Under the pieces are notes generated by a model. It was not told the DNA's origin. It was given only the letters and a program-made list of their open reading frames with translations, and made no database searches. Shown one piece after another: positions 15,970 to 24,908 of a DNA stretch of 25,618 bases; position 1 is the first letter of the stretch; every line of letters starts with the position of its first letter. Source of the DNA: Candidatus Bipolaricaulia bacterium (GTDB lineage: Bacteria > Bipolaricaulota > Bipolaricaulia > JBHIAT01); assembly GCA_046758705.1 (NCBI GenBank), contig JBHIAT010000035.1, forward strand, positions 1 to 25,618, read 5' to 3'. The position numbers and the translations under genes are program-made.

Positions 15970-16857
15970 ATGAAGACGTATCGGGAGATCGCCGGTGACG
16001 GCGGGTCAGATATTCTCGGCCAGGTCGCCGAGCAGCAGGTGCGTTTGCGCGCTCGTATGGCTCAGATCACCCACAAGCTCGCGATCATGAGTGGCAAGGG
16101 CGGCGTGGGCAAGAGCGTGGTCACGGCTAATCTCGCCGTCACCTTGGCACGAAGTGGATTGAAGGTGGGCGTTCTAGATGCGGACATCAACGGGCCTTCC
16201 ATCGCCAAGATGCTGGGGGTGCAGGAGCAGTCTTTGGAAATCAGCAACAGGGACGTCGTCCCTATCCACGGGCCTTTGGACATCAAAGTGATCTCTATGG
16301 ATCTCCTTTTACCTCAGGATGAGACGCCGGTGGTCTGGGACGCCCCAACCCAACATGATCCCTTCATCTGGAGAGGCGCGATCGAAGTCAGCACCCTGAG
16401 AGAGTTCCTTGCCGATACTGACTGGGGCGAGCTGGATTTTCTCCTCATCGATCTGCCGCCAGGCCCCGATCGGTTGCCCAATATCTCTGACTTACTTCCG
16501 GATCTGTGCGCGATCGTGGTGACCATCCCTTCGGAGGTCGCACAACGGACGGTGAAGAAATCCGTTGTCTTGGTTCAGGAACTGAAGGTGCCGCTGATCG
16601 GACTGGTGGAAAACATGGCCGGCTATCTTTGCCCTCAGTGTGGTGCGCTGGGAGAACTCTTCCCAGGCGATGGGAAGGAGCTAGCGAAAGCCCTCGACAT
16701 GGCCTTCTTAGGGAAGATCCCCTTCGATCCTCAAATCACCCGATGCTTCGATCAGGGTGTTCCCTTTATGATCGCACATGGGGAGACCCCAGCGGGCCGA
16801 GCGTTCGCCCAGATCGCCGAGAAGATCGAGGCGTTTCTCAACGGGAGGGAGCGATGA
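15970..16857 (+). CDS. Mrp/ApbC/NBP35-family Fe-S carrier ATPase
   Basis: Deviant Walker A 'SGKGGVGKS', 'LDADINGPS', 'WRG', 'WGELDFLLIDLPPG', 'ENMAGYLCPQCG'. Confidence 0.93.
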   Translation: MKTYREIAGDGGSDILGQVAEQQVRLRARMAQITHKLAIMSGKGGVGKSVVTANLAVTLARSGLKVGVLDADINGPSIAKMLGVQEQSLEISNRDVVPIHGPLDIKVISMDLLLPQDETPVVWDAPTQHDPFIWRGAIEVSTLREFLADTDWGELDFLLIDLPPGPDRLPNISDLLPDLCAIVVTIPSEVAQRTVKKSVVLVQELKVPLIGLVENMAGYLCPQCGALGELFPGDGKELAKALDMAFLGKIPFDPQITRCFDQGVPFMIAHGETPAGRAFAQIAEKIEAFLNGRER

Positions 16858-17246
16858 AGTTCCTGTGTGTGGAGTGTGATGAAGCCATGAAGTTCGTGGA
16901 GGCTGAAGGGCCGGAGGAGGGCTCGCTGTCAGTTCTCTTTCGTTGCTCCCGCTGTGGCCAGACAGTGGCCCTGTTGACCAATCCCTGGGAGACCCAATTG
17001 GTTCGCAGTTTGGGGGTTGTGATCGGTGGGCAGACGGTTCCCCCGGAGCCCCTACAGTTGGTCCGAACGTCCCTGGTCGACAGCAAGCTTCTCTGGACGG
17101 AGGAGGCGGAGGAGTGCTTAAAGCGGGTGCCCGAGTTCGCCCGGTCCATGGCGCGCCGAAGTATTGAGCGTTATGCTCGCGAGCGGGACTATTGGGAAAT
17201 TACCCCAGAAGTGATGGATGAGGCGAGAGCCGAGCTGGGCTTGTGA
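16854..17246 (+). CDS. Cys4 (zinc-ribbon-like) protein with C-terminal PCP_red-like domain, 130 aa
   Basis: ATG 16854 overlaps the Mrp stop, with GGGAGG SD. 'CVEC...CSRC'. C-terminal 'WTEEAEECLKRVPEFARSMARRSIERYARE....EITPEVMDEAR'. Confidence 0.82.
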   Translation: MKFLCVECDEAMKFVEAEGPEEGSLSVLFRCSRCGQTVALLTNPWETQLVRSLGVVIGGQTVPPEPLQLVRTSLVDSKLLWTEEAEECLKRVPEFARSMARRSIERYARERDYWEITPEVMDEARAELGL

Positions 17247-17252
17247 GGTGAG

Positions 17253-18545
17253 ATGATGAGCGGATCTACGAAGGATCGCCCCCAGGTCGTCTCCTGGAAC
17301 CTGACTCAAGGGTGTAACTTACGATGTCCCCATTGTTATCTCGCCGCTGGACGGCCTGCTGAGGACGAGCTGACGACTGAAGAGGGTCTGGAGCTGATCG
17401 ATCGGCTGGCCGAGGCAGGGACGCAGTTGCTCATCCTCACAGGCGGCGAGCCCCTGCTGCGCCGCGATCTATGCACGCTGGCCCGCCATGCCGCTGATCG
17501 TGGCCTGATGGTCGTCCTGGGCACCAACGGGACGTTGATCGACGGGAAGACAGCCAAAAGACTCAAAGAAAGCGGCGTGCAGGGCATAGGGATCAGCCTA
17601 GATTCCCTTGCTCCAGCGAAGCACGACGCCTTCCGCGGTCTGCGGGGCGCCTGGGAGAAAGCCATCTGCGCTCTCAAGATATGCGTAAAGCAGGGTCTAG
17701 AAGTCGTGGTACAGACGAGCGTGCTGCCCATGAACTATGAGGAGATTCCCCAGTTGATCGCCTTTGCCTACGAGACGGGGGCGCGGGCCTTCAATGCTTA
17801 CTTTCTTGTCTGCACAGGACGAGGCGAACAGCTAACCGATATTACTCCGCAGCAATATGAGGCACTTCTTAACCACTTGATAGACGCGCAAGCACGATAT
17901 TCGGACGAACAGCGAGGCTTCCTCGTGCGAGCCAAGTGCGCCCCACACATCCAGCGCCTGGCTTATGAGCGGTTAAACAGCCAGGCAGTTCAACAGTCCT
18001 TGGCTGCAATGGGGGCGGTTGGGCTTTTGGCCAGCGTCGGCTGCCCGGCGGGCACTCACTACCTGAGGATCACTCCCCAAGGTGACGTCACCCCCTGCCC
18101 CTATCTGCCCGTTGTGCTGGGAAACGTCCGCCATTCCAGGTTGCGTCAGATCTGGGAGAGCTCCGAAGTTTTGCAGAAGTTGCGCACTTTAGAGCTTGGG
18201 GGCCGCTGTGGGGCCTGCGAGTTCAAGCAGCGATGCGTCGGCTGCCGCGCGCGGGCCTTTGCTTTAAGTGGGGATCTACTGGGCGAGGACCCATGGTGCA
18301 CGTACCAACCGGGGTGGGCCGATCACAAACAGGCTGAAGGATCTCATCCCGTTTGGACCCTCGAAGCGCGAGCGCGGCTGGAGAAGATCCCGTCGTTCAT
18401 TCGGGGGCGTGTCCAGGAAGGCCTCGAAGCGTACGCGCGTGCCCGCGATCTGCATCAGATCACACCCGAGCTGCTTGCGGAGCTACGGGCTGCCTGCTTG
18501 CGAAAGAAAAAGAAGAAAAAGGACGAGAAAGACAGGCATGTATAA
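17253..18545 (+). CDS. Radical SAM/SPASM protein, AhbD/NirJ-like, with C-terminal PCP_red-like domain
   Basis: 'WNLTQGCNLRCPHCY', 'LTGGEPLLR', 'TNG', 'ISLDS...HD.FRG', 'FLVCTGRG', 'KCAPH'. SPASM cysteines 'CPAG...PCPY...CGACE...CVGCRARA...DPWC'. Tail 'WTLEARARLEKIPSFIRGRV'. Confidence 0.88.
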   Translation: MMSGSTKDRPQVVSWNLTQGCNLRCPHCYLAAGRPAEDELTTEEGLELIDRLAEAGTQLLILTGGEPLLRRDLCTLARHAADRGLMVVLGTNGTLIDGKTAKRLKESGVQGIGISLDSLAPAKHDAFRGLRGAWEKAICALKICVKQGLEVVVQTSVLPMNYEEIPQLIAFAYETGARAFNAYFLVCTGRGEQLTDITPQQYEALLNHLIDAQARYSDEQRGFLVRAKCAPHIQRLAYERLNSQAVQQSLAAMGAVGLLASVGCPAGTHYLRITPQGDVTPCPYLPVVLGNVRHSRLRQIWESSEVLQKLRTLELGGRCGACEFKQRCVGCRARAFALSGDLLGEDPWCTYQPGWADHKQAEGSHPVWTLEARARLEKIPSFIRGRVQEGLEAYARARDLHQITPELLAELRAACLRKKKKKKDEKDRHV

Positions 18546-19776
18546 GCGTATTCTGGTCGCGATCGACAACTCAAAATACGCCGAGCGGGCCGCTGAACTG
18601 GCCGTGGAGTTGGCACACGGGTTGCGCGCGCAGCTCAGCGGCGTACACGTGACCAACGCCGAACTGCACACTTATGCCTTTCGCTTGCTGGAAGGCACTC
18701 TGCCTGAGCGCTATCAAACTGAAGAAGTTTTACAAAAACAGCGCGAGATTCACGAAGATCTTATCCGTCGCGGGCTCACGCTCATCAGCGATTCTTACTT
18801 AGAGCAACTGCGGCAGCGGGCTCAAGCGGCAAGGGTTGCCTGCGAGACTCAGGTGTTAGAGGGCTGGCACTACGAAGCGTTATCTGGTGAAGTCATGGAT
18901 GAGGAGTATGATCTGGCCGTCTTCGGGCACCTGGGCTTGGGTGCCTGTGAGCGTTCAATGCTCGGCGGTGTAGTAGAGCGGGTGACCCGCCGCATCCGAA
19001 AAGACTTGCTCGTGGTAAAGAACAATAGGGCTCTAGAAGACGGCAAGATCCTCGTCGCGGTAGACGGCTCGGAGTGCTCGTTCTGGGCGCTGCGCAAGGC
19101 GATCGTTTTGGCGCAAAGATTTCAAGCCCAACTGCATGCTGTGCACGTCTTCGATCCGGACTTTCACCGCACGATCTTTCAAGAGTTGGTGGGGGTGCTT
19201 AGTAGAGAGGCTGCAGAGGTCTTCGATTTTGAGGAACAGCAGGAGTTGCACGACAAGGTGATCGACAAGGGATTAGAGCAGGTGGGTCAGAGGGTGTTGC
19301 GGAGCTGCGAGCTGGCAGCAGAACACGGCGGCATCCCGATTCAGACGGAGCTTCTCAAGGGAAAATTCTTCGAGGAGATCGTTGATATGGCTGAGATGCG
19401 GGAGCCAACACTTTTGGTCGTGGGACGCTTTGGCCGACACCGAGTTGAATCTTCAGACTTGGGCAGCACGGCGGAGAACATACTGCGCTTGACACCCTGT
19501 AGCGTGCTGGTCGTGAGCACCGATGTGCCTGAAGCAATGAAACACTTCAAGACCCCACAGCAGGAAGCGAGTGCACTACCTTTAAGCTGGACGGCCGAAG
19601 CGGAAGCGATAATCCAACGGGTGCCTGACTTCGTGCAGAAGCTGGCTCGGGCAGCCATCGAAGCGTGGGCCCGTCACCGTGGCCTGCAAGAAGTTCAAGC
19701 GATGCACATCGAGCAGGCGATGAAGGAGCTGCTACCGGAGAAGATGTGGCGCAGGATGCTCAAGGAGGATCCATGA
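18538..19776 (+). CDS. Tandem-domain universal stress protein with C-terminal PCP_red-like domain, 412 aa
   Basis: 'MYKRILVAIDNS', 'GHLGLG...LGGVVERV', second domain 'KILVAVDGS', 'GRFG...LGSTAENILR..PCSVLVV'. Tail 'WTAEAEAIIQRVPDFVQKLARAAIE'. True start is ATG 18538. Confidence 0.9.
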   Translation: MYKRILVAIDNSKYAERAAELAVELAHGLRAQLSGVHVTNAELHTYAFRLLEGTLPERYQTEEVLQKQREIHEDLIRRGLTLISDSYLEQLRQRAQAARVACETQVLEGWHYEALSGEVMDEEYDLAVFGHLGLGACERSMLGGVVERVTRRIRKDLLVVKNNRALEDGKILVAVDGSECSFWALRKAIVLAQRFQAQLHAVHVFDPDFHRTIFQELVGVLSREAAEVFDFEEQQELHDKVIDKGLEQVGQRVLRSCELAAEHGGIPIQTELLKGKFFEEIVDMAEMREPTLLVVGRFGRHRVESSDLGSTAENILRLTPCSVLVVSTDVPEAMKHFKTPQQEASALPLSWTAEAEAIIQRVPDFVQKLARAAIEAWARHRGLQEVQAMHIEQAMKELLPEKMWRRMLKEDP

Positions 19777-19980
19777 TCACGGTCAAAGCACAAGAACAAC
19801 GAGTGGAGCTGAATGACAAGGGCCGGAAGTTACGTTTCTCCTTAGTGGAGCTTCCTAGAAGGCTCATTGACTGGCAGATCCAGAGCCGCCAGGAGCTATT
19901 TAAGCTTCCAGCTCGACAGCATCGCACAGGTCTTGGAACCTGGCCAGCCCGTCTATGAGTTCCTACGCGCCAGCCGACTT
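19773..19980 (+). pseudogene. Probable internally deleted/frameshifted gene remnant ending the operon
   Basis: AGGAGG SD and ATGA coupling start 'MITVKAQ...ELPRRLIDWQIQSRQELF'. From about 19894 a protein-like stretch continues in another frame ('SYLSFQLDSIAQVLEPGQPVYEFLRASRL'), while the original frame stops at 19958. Confidence 0.5.
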
Positions 19981-20098
19981 CAAGTTTTAAAGCATGGTAC
20001 CTTGGTACTTCACACCAATTCTCACAAAGGAAGGGACCCTACCAGCCTTAGAACCCCAGCGAACGGGCATGATGGCCGAGATTTTTCCTGACACTTTT

Positions 20099-20128
20099 TT
20101 GACGGAGTTTTCCAATAGGGTGTATATT
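20099..20128 (+). promoter_or_regulatory. sigma70-like promoter of the ABC operon
   Basis: TTGACG (20099-20104), 18 nt, TATATT (20123-20128). A short inverted repeat CCAATA/TATTGG overlaps it. Confidence 0.5.
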
Positions 20129-20229
20129 GGGAATATCACTGTTCAAGCAGTTAAGGGGGGGTGGTACAGAACGAAGCCCCATCGGGGCGGATGATGCCCG
20201 ATCAATCAAAAATAAGGGAGGAAAACATC

Positions 20230-21426
20230 ATGAAGAGGATTTTACCCATCGGGCTGGTCCTTCTGTTGACCCTTGGTGGCCTTTTCAGTTGGACCCAAGC
20301 GCAGCCGATTGTGATCGGGGGGGTGGCTCCGCTCTCTGCGCCCGGCGCGGCTGAGAGCGGGGTGGAGATGAAGCAGGCGATGGAGATGGCCGTGGAGGAG
20401 ATCGGGACGATCCTGAGGAGGCCGATCAGGCTTCAGGTCGAGGATACCCGTGGCCTGCCTGAGGAGGGGACGGCGGCGATGAACCGGCTGGCCGACGCCG
20501 GCGCCGTGGGCGTGGCCGGTGAGTTCCACAGCTCGGTGGCCAAAGCGGAGATCGAAGTGGCCAATGCGCGCCGGCTCCCGTTCGTCATCTCCGAGGCATG
20601 GTCCGACAGCCTGACCGCCAGGCAGTATCCCTATGTCTTCCGCATCGCCCCGGCCAACTCGCTCTTCTACACTAAGGTGGCCGATTGGATGAAGGCGATT
20701 GGCTCCAGAAACGTCGTGGCAATCGTGGAGAACACCGACTGGGGCCTGGGAGTCGATCGGGTGTTCAGAGAGAACCTGATCGGCAAGACGAACATCAACG
20801 GGCAGCCGGTCAGCTACACCTCGATCGTGGCTGAGCGGACGGTCGCCGACTTCACCCCGCAGTTGCTGATGTTTAAAGCCATGAGTCCGCAGCCGGACCT
20901 GGTGATGGACATCTTCACCGGAACCGGGGAGTATCTGATCGTGAAGCAGGCGGCCGAGCTTGGTCTGGCCACCACGCGGGAGACAGCCATCTTCGCGGTC
21001 GGGACCAGCGCATTGTACCCGGAGTTCTGGGAGACGGTCGGCGAGTACGGTGTCTTTGCCCTGACGAAGACGGGCTACCACCCGGTTCTCGGCGTCACCC
21101 CGAACATCACGGAGTTCGTGGCCAAGTTCGAGGCGCGCACCGGCAAGACGCCGACGTTCGCCGCCATGGAGGCTTATGACTCGGTCTACGTCCTGGCCGA
21201 GGCGATCGAGATGGCCGGATCGACCGATCCGGATGCGATCGTGGCCGCGCTTGAGAAGATCCAATACAACGGAGTGTTGGGGAAGATCTCCTTCTCACTG
21301 GAGCGGACGCCCGATTACATGTTCCACCAGTGGCCGGGCGCTAAGGCAGTGGTCATCCAGTACACGGAGGAGGGGCAGAACTTCACCGATGCACTGCTCG
21401 CTTGGCCCCCGATCCTGAAGCCGTAG
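20230..21426 (+). CDS. HAAT/branched-chain amino acid-type ABC substrate-binding protein (LivK/LivJ-like)
   Basis: Signal peptide from ATG 20230 ('MKRILPIGLVLLL...QA'), 'IGGVAPLS', 'EDTRG.PE', 'GEFHSSV', 'YVFRIAP', 'EAYDSVYVLAEAIE.AGS'. Confidence 0.9.
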   Translation: MKRILPIGLVLLLTLGGLFSWTQAQPIVIGGVAPLSAPGAAESGVEMKQAMEMAVEEIGTILRRPIRLQVEDTRGLPEEGTAAMNRLADAGAVGVAGEFHSSVAKAEIEVANARRLPFVISEAWSDSLTARQYPYVFRIAPANSLFYTKVADWMKAIGSRNVVAIVENTDWGLGVDRVFRENLIGKTNINGQPVSYTSIVAERTVADFTPQLLMFKAMSPQPDLVMDIFTGTGEYLIVKQAAELGLATTRETAIFAVGTSALYPEFWETVGEYGVFALTKTGYHPVLGVTPNITEFVAKFEARTGKTPTFAAMEAYDSVYVLAEAIEMAGSTDPDAIVAALEKIQYNGVLGKISFSLERTPDYMFHQWPGAKAVVIQYTEEGQNFTDALLAWPPILKP

Positions 21427-21453
21427 CTGTAGTGGAAGGAGCGTAGGACATAG

Positions 21454-21483
21454 GAGGCCCCCTCCTCTGAGGGAGGGGGCCTC
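21454..21483 (+). other. Intercistronic stem-loop after the binding-protein gene
   Basis: Perfect 12-bp stem GAGGCCCCCTCC / GGAGGGGGCCTC, 6-nt loop, no T tract. This fits an mRNA-stabilising hairpin. Confidence 0.7.
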
Positions 21484-21511
21484 TACTCATTCGGATCATT
21501 CGGAGGGCTCC

Positions 21512-22411
21512 ATGGAGTTCTTCACCGCTCAGGCGGTCAACGGGCTGGTCATCGGTCTGCTCTATGCGCTGATGGCCGTCGGCCTGTCGCTGATCTTTTC
21601 GGTGTTGAAGCTGGTCAACTTCGCCCACGGTGAGTTCTACATGATGGGCGCGTTTGTCTCCTATTACCTGGCCACCCTGTTCGGGGTCCATCCGATCCTG
21701 TCCGTCTTCCTGGCGATCGTCGCGGTCTTTTTGATCGGTGTGGTGATCCAGTCCCTGTTCCTCCGCCCCCTGTACACCGGAACGGTCGAGCGCAAGGACG
21801 AGTACGCGATATTGATCACCTTCGGGCTGGGGATCTTCCTCCAGAATCTGGCGATGTCCGTCTTCGGACCCTGGACCAAGAAGCCTCCGGACTTCATGTC
21901 GGGAACCACGGTCATGGGATTCCTGACGGTGGACAACAACCGACTGATCGTCTCTGGAGCGGCGATCGTCATCGTGGTGACACTGTTGTTGATCATCGGC
22001 GCGACGTTTGTGGGAAAGGCCCTGCGAGCGGTAAGCCAGGATCGGGATGCCGCAGCGATCGTAGGGATCAATCCGCACCGCATGAACCTGTTGGCGTTCG
22101 GAATCGGGGTGGCGTTGGCCGGTGGCGCCGGGGCGCTCATCGGCCCGATCTTCCTCATTTCGCCGGTTATGGGCCTCCTGCCCGGGATCAAGTCGTTCGT
22201 CATCATCGTCCTGGGGGGGATGGGCTCCATCAAGGGGGCGATCATCGGCAGCCTCCTACTCGGTGAGATCGAGAGCTTGGGTTCGGTCTACTTCTTCGAT
22301 ATGACCAGGGGCCTGGCCTACAAGAACGCCTTCGGGGTGTTGCTGTTGGCGATCATCCTGTTGGTGAGGCCGACCGGGCTCTTCGGTGAGCGACACGTGC
22401 GAATGAAGTGA
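21512..22411 (+). CDS. livH: HAAT ABC permease, LivH-like
   Basis: 'NGLVIGLLYALMAVGLSLIF..LKLVNFAHGEFYMMGA', 'GKALRAVSQD', 'VLGGMGSI.GA'. Confidence 0.9.
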   Translation: MEFFTAQAVNGLVIGLLYALMAVGLSLIFSVLKLVNFAHGEFYMMGAFVSYYLATLFGVHPILSVFLAIVAVFLIGVVIQSLFLRPLYTGTVERKDEYAILITFGLGIFLQNLAMSVFGPWTKKPPDFMSGTTVMGFLTVDNNRLIVSGAAIVIVVTLLLIIGATFVGKALRAVSQDRDAAAIVGINPHRMNLLAFGIGVALAGGAGALIGPIFLISPVMGLLPGIKSFVIIVLGGMGSIKGAIIGSLLLGEIESLGSVYFFDMTRGLAYKNAFGVLLLAIILLVRPTGLFGERHVRMK

Positions 22412-23397
22412 TGAAGAGAAACCTTGGGGTTGTCGGAATAGCGATCGTCTTGGGCCTGACCGTGCCGACCTTCATGCACTCCTACCGGCTCCACGTCAGC
22501 ATCATGGCCGGCTACTATGCGCTGTTGGCCTCGTCGTGGACCCTGCTCGCCGGATTTGCCGGACAGTTCTCGTTCGCTACCATGGCCCTGGCGGGGATCG
22601 GGGCCTACACCTCCGGTTTGCTGGCGATCCACCTCCAGCTCCCGACGTGGCTGGGGATGATCATCGGGGCGCTGATGGCAGCCTCGGTGGGCCTGTTGGT
22701 TGGGGTGTTGGTCTTAAGGATGAGCGGGCCATACCTCGCTCTGTTCACCATCGCCTTCTCCGAGCTCATCAGAATCACCTTGAACGCCGAATACCAGTTC
22801 ACCCGAGGTGATATGGGCTTAACCGTCCCCTACCTCTACTCCCCTTTATCCAAGGTCCCCTACTACTACACGATCCTCGGTCTGTTGGCCATCTCTCTGC
22901 TGATCATGTGGGCGCTGTTGAGGTCCCGGTATGGACTGTTTTTCCGGGCGATCCGCGAGGACGAGCAGGCCGCCGCGGCGATGGGCGTCAACACCGTCCG
23001 GTATAAGATCATGGCGTTTGTGATCAGCAGCTTCTTCGCCGGGCTGGCCGGGGGGTTCTTCGCCCATTACATCGGAACCCTCACCCCGAATAGCATCATG
23101 GAAATCCCCAGGATGGGGCTGGTCATCGCCATGTCAGTGATCGGAGGGATCGAGAGCCTGGCCGGAGCGGTTGCCGGGGCTACGATCGTGGAGTTCCTCC
23201 AGGAGTACTTGAGAGCGCTTGGGACGTGGCGGTTTGTCATCTTCGGGTTGGCGCTGGTGTTGATCTTGAGATTCTCTCAGAACGGGTTGATTTATCCGCT
23301 CTACCAACGGTTTGCCGGCCGGCGGGTTGAGTTGCAAACCGAGCCGGAGGTCGAGCTGGACCTGGAGCAGGCCGAGGGTTCGGAGGCCGGTTCCTGA
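22408..23397 (+). CDS. livM: HAAT ABC permease, LivM-like
   Basis: 'SWTLLAGFAGQFS', 'LRMSGPYLALFTIAFSE', 'FRAIREDEQAAAAMGVN..RYK'. Confidence 0.9.
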   Translation: MMKRNLGVVGIAIVLGLTVPTFMHSYRLHVSIMAGYYALLASSWTLLAGFAGQFSFATMALAGIGAYTSGLLAIHLQLPTWLGMIIGALMAASVGLLVGVLVLRMSGPYLALFTIAFSELIRITLNAEYQFTRGDMGLTVPYLYSPLSKVPYYYTILGLLAISLLIMWALLRSRYGLFFRAIREDEQAAAAMGVNTVRYKIMAFVISSFFAGLAGGFFAHYIGTLTPNSIMEIPRMGLVIAMSVIGGIESLAGAVAGATIVEFLQEYLRALGTWRFVIFGLALVLILRFSQNGLIYPLYQRFAGRRVELQTEPEVELDLEQAEGSEAGS

Positions 23398-23424
23398 TGT
23401 CAGGAGGAAGGAGGGAGGAGGGGG

Positions 23425-24141
23425 ATGCTCGAGCTTATCGATCTGGTCAAGGATTTCGGGGGCATCCGGGCGGTCAACCAGCTGTCGCTTGAGGTCGGGG
23501 AGAATGAGCTGTTGGGGATCATCGGTCCCAACGGCTCGGGGAAGACGACCACGATCAACATGATCAGCGGGGCGCTCAAACCCACGGCGGGCCAGATCAT
23601 CTTCCGCGGCCAGCGGATCGACGGTCTCCCCCTCTATGAGATCGCCAAGCGCGGCATCGGACGGACGTTCCAGGTGACCCAGGTCTTCCGAAGGATGACC
23701 GTCTTAGAGAATATGTTGGTCCCGGCGTTCGCCGCGCGAACATCCGACGGTCACGATCGCAGGGACCAACTCGAAAAGGCCTCGGAGATCCTTGAGTTTT
23801 TGCGCATCGATCACCTCAAAAACGAATACGCGAAAAACCTCTCCGGCGGACAGCAGAAGCTGTTGGAGCTCGGACGGATCCTGATGCTGGACCCCGACGT
23901 GATCCTGCTCGATGAGCCGTTCTCCGGCGTGCATCCCAAGTTGAAGGCGGAGATCCATAACTATATCCGGGAAATGCACCAAGACGGACGGACATTCATC
24001 ATCATCAGCCATGATCTCCAATCGATATTCGGCTTGAGCGAACGGCTGATCGTCCTGTTCGATGGTGAAAAGATCTGCGACGGCTCCCCGGCAGAGATCC
24101 AGGACGATGACCGGGTCGTGGAGGCCTATCTCGGTGATTGA
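23425..24141 (+). CDS. livG: HAAT ABC ATPase, LivG-like
   Basis: 'KDFGGIRAV', 'GPNGSGKTT', 'GIGRTFQ', 'LSGGQQKLLE', 'LLDEP', 'VVEAYLG'. Confidence 0.92.
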   Translation: MLELIDLVKDFGGIRAVNQLSLEVGENELLGIIGPNGSGKTTTINMISGALKPTAGQIIFRGQRIDGLPLYEIAKRGIGRTFQVTQVFRRMTVLENMLVPAFAARTSDGHDRRDQLEKASEILEFLRIDHLKNEYAKNLSGGQQKLLELGRILMLDPDVILLDEPFSGVHPKLKAEIHNYIREMHQDGRTFIIISHDLQSIFGLSERLIVLFDGEKICDGSPAEIQDDDRVVEAYLGD

Positions 24142-24147
24142 AGAACG

Positions 24148-24858
24148 ATGCTGAAGGTCGAAGCGGTGTTTGCCGGTTATTATAGAGACATTCACGTCCT
24201 TCAAGGGGTCTCCGTCAAAGCCCAAGTGGCCCAGATCACCGCGATCATCGGCCCCAATGGTGTGGGCAAGTCCACGCTGCTGAAGGTGATCTATGGCTTT
24301 CTCAAGCCCCATCGGGGCAGGATCCTCTATAACGACGGGGATATCACGGGAATGGCCCCCTACACCGCTTCAGAGAAGGGGCTCGCCTACATTCCGCAAC
24401 GTCGAAACGTCTTTCCCTATCTCTCGGTGGAGGAGAACATGGCGATGGGGGCGTGGACGTTCAGACGTCATAAGACACGGATCAGGGAGAAGCTTGAGCA
24501 GAATTACAAGCGGTTTCCAAACCTTGCCAGAAAAAGGAAGGTCAAGGCGGGCTTCTTAAGCGGGGGTGAACAACGGATGGTCGAGCTGGGCCGCGCGCTG
24601 ATGCCCGATCCCGATCTGCTGTTGGTGGATGAGCCCACGGCGGGATTGGCCCCGATGTTCGCTAAGGAGATCCGCAACAAGTTGATTGAGTTAAAGGAAG
24701 AGGGAAAGGCGATCGTATTGGTGGAGCAAAATATACGGGAAGCCATTGAGATTTCAGATTACATCTACGTGCTGGACCTGGGTCGGAACAAAGCGGAAGG
24801 CTCTCAAGCAGCATTCGCCACTGATTTGAAGGATTTAGTCAAGGATTGGCTCTTCTAA
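24148..24858 (+). CDS. livF: HAAT ABC ATPase, LivF-like
   Basis: 'GPNGVGKSTL', 'VFPYLSVEENM', 'LSGGEQRM', 'DEPTAGLAP', 'LVEQN'. Confidence 0.92.
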   Translation: MLKVEAVFAGYYRDIHVLQGVSVKAQVAQITAIIGPNGVGKSTLLKVIYGFLKPHRGRILYNDGDITGMAPYTASEKGLAYIPQRRNVFPYLSVEENMAMGAWTFRRHKTRIREKLEQNYKRFPNLARKRKVKAGFLSGGEQRMVELGRALMPDPDLLLVDEPTAGLAPMFAKEIRNKLIELKEEGKAIVLVEQNIREAIEISDYIYVLDLGRNKAEGSQAAFATDLKDLVKDWLF

Positions 24859-24908
24859 GGGCTACTGAGTGAACTCGCTTGAGAATTAGACTCAGTCGTT
24901 CACATTGA

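Noticed and set aside
16854-19776. PCP_red domains as evidence of (bacterio)chlorophyll synthesis
   Set aside because: Only the small C-terminal module is present. There are no BchL/N/B catalytic domains or other photosynthesis genes.
5868-20229. ORF-track N-terminal extensions (starts 5868, 9259, 16506, 18268, 19665, 20161)
   Set aside because: Most overlap upstream genes in another frame and none is family-like. Downstream ATGs with SD, stop/start coupling or a signal peptide (5961, 9349, 16854, 18538, 19773, 20230) fit better.
2872-24746. Long antisense/alternate-frame ORFs (e.g. 3415-4077, 6087-6836, 7918-8988, 12138-12869, 20242-21264, 21383-22078)
   Set aside because: They lie opposite well-supported genes and have no recognisable motifs. 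Such shadow ORFs are expected in GC-rich coding DNA.
20230-24858. ABC transporter as part of the redox system, or a specific leucine/isoleucine/valine substrate call
   Set aside because: It has its own promoter-like sequence and is an ordinary HAAT operon. The substrate cannot be read from sequence.
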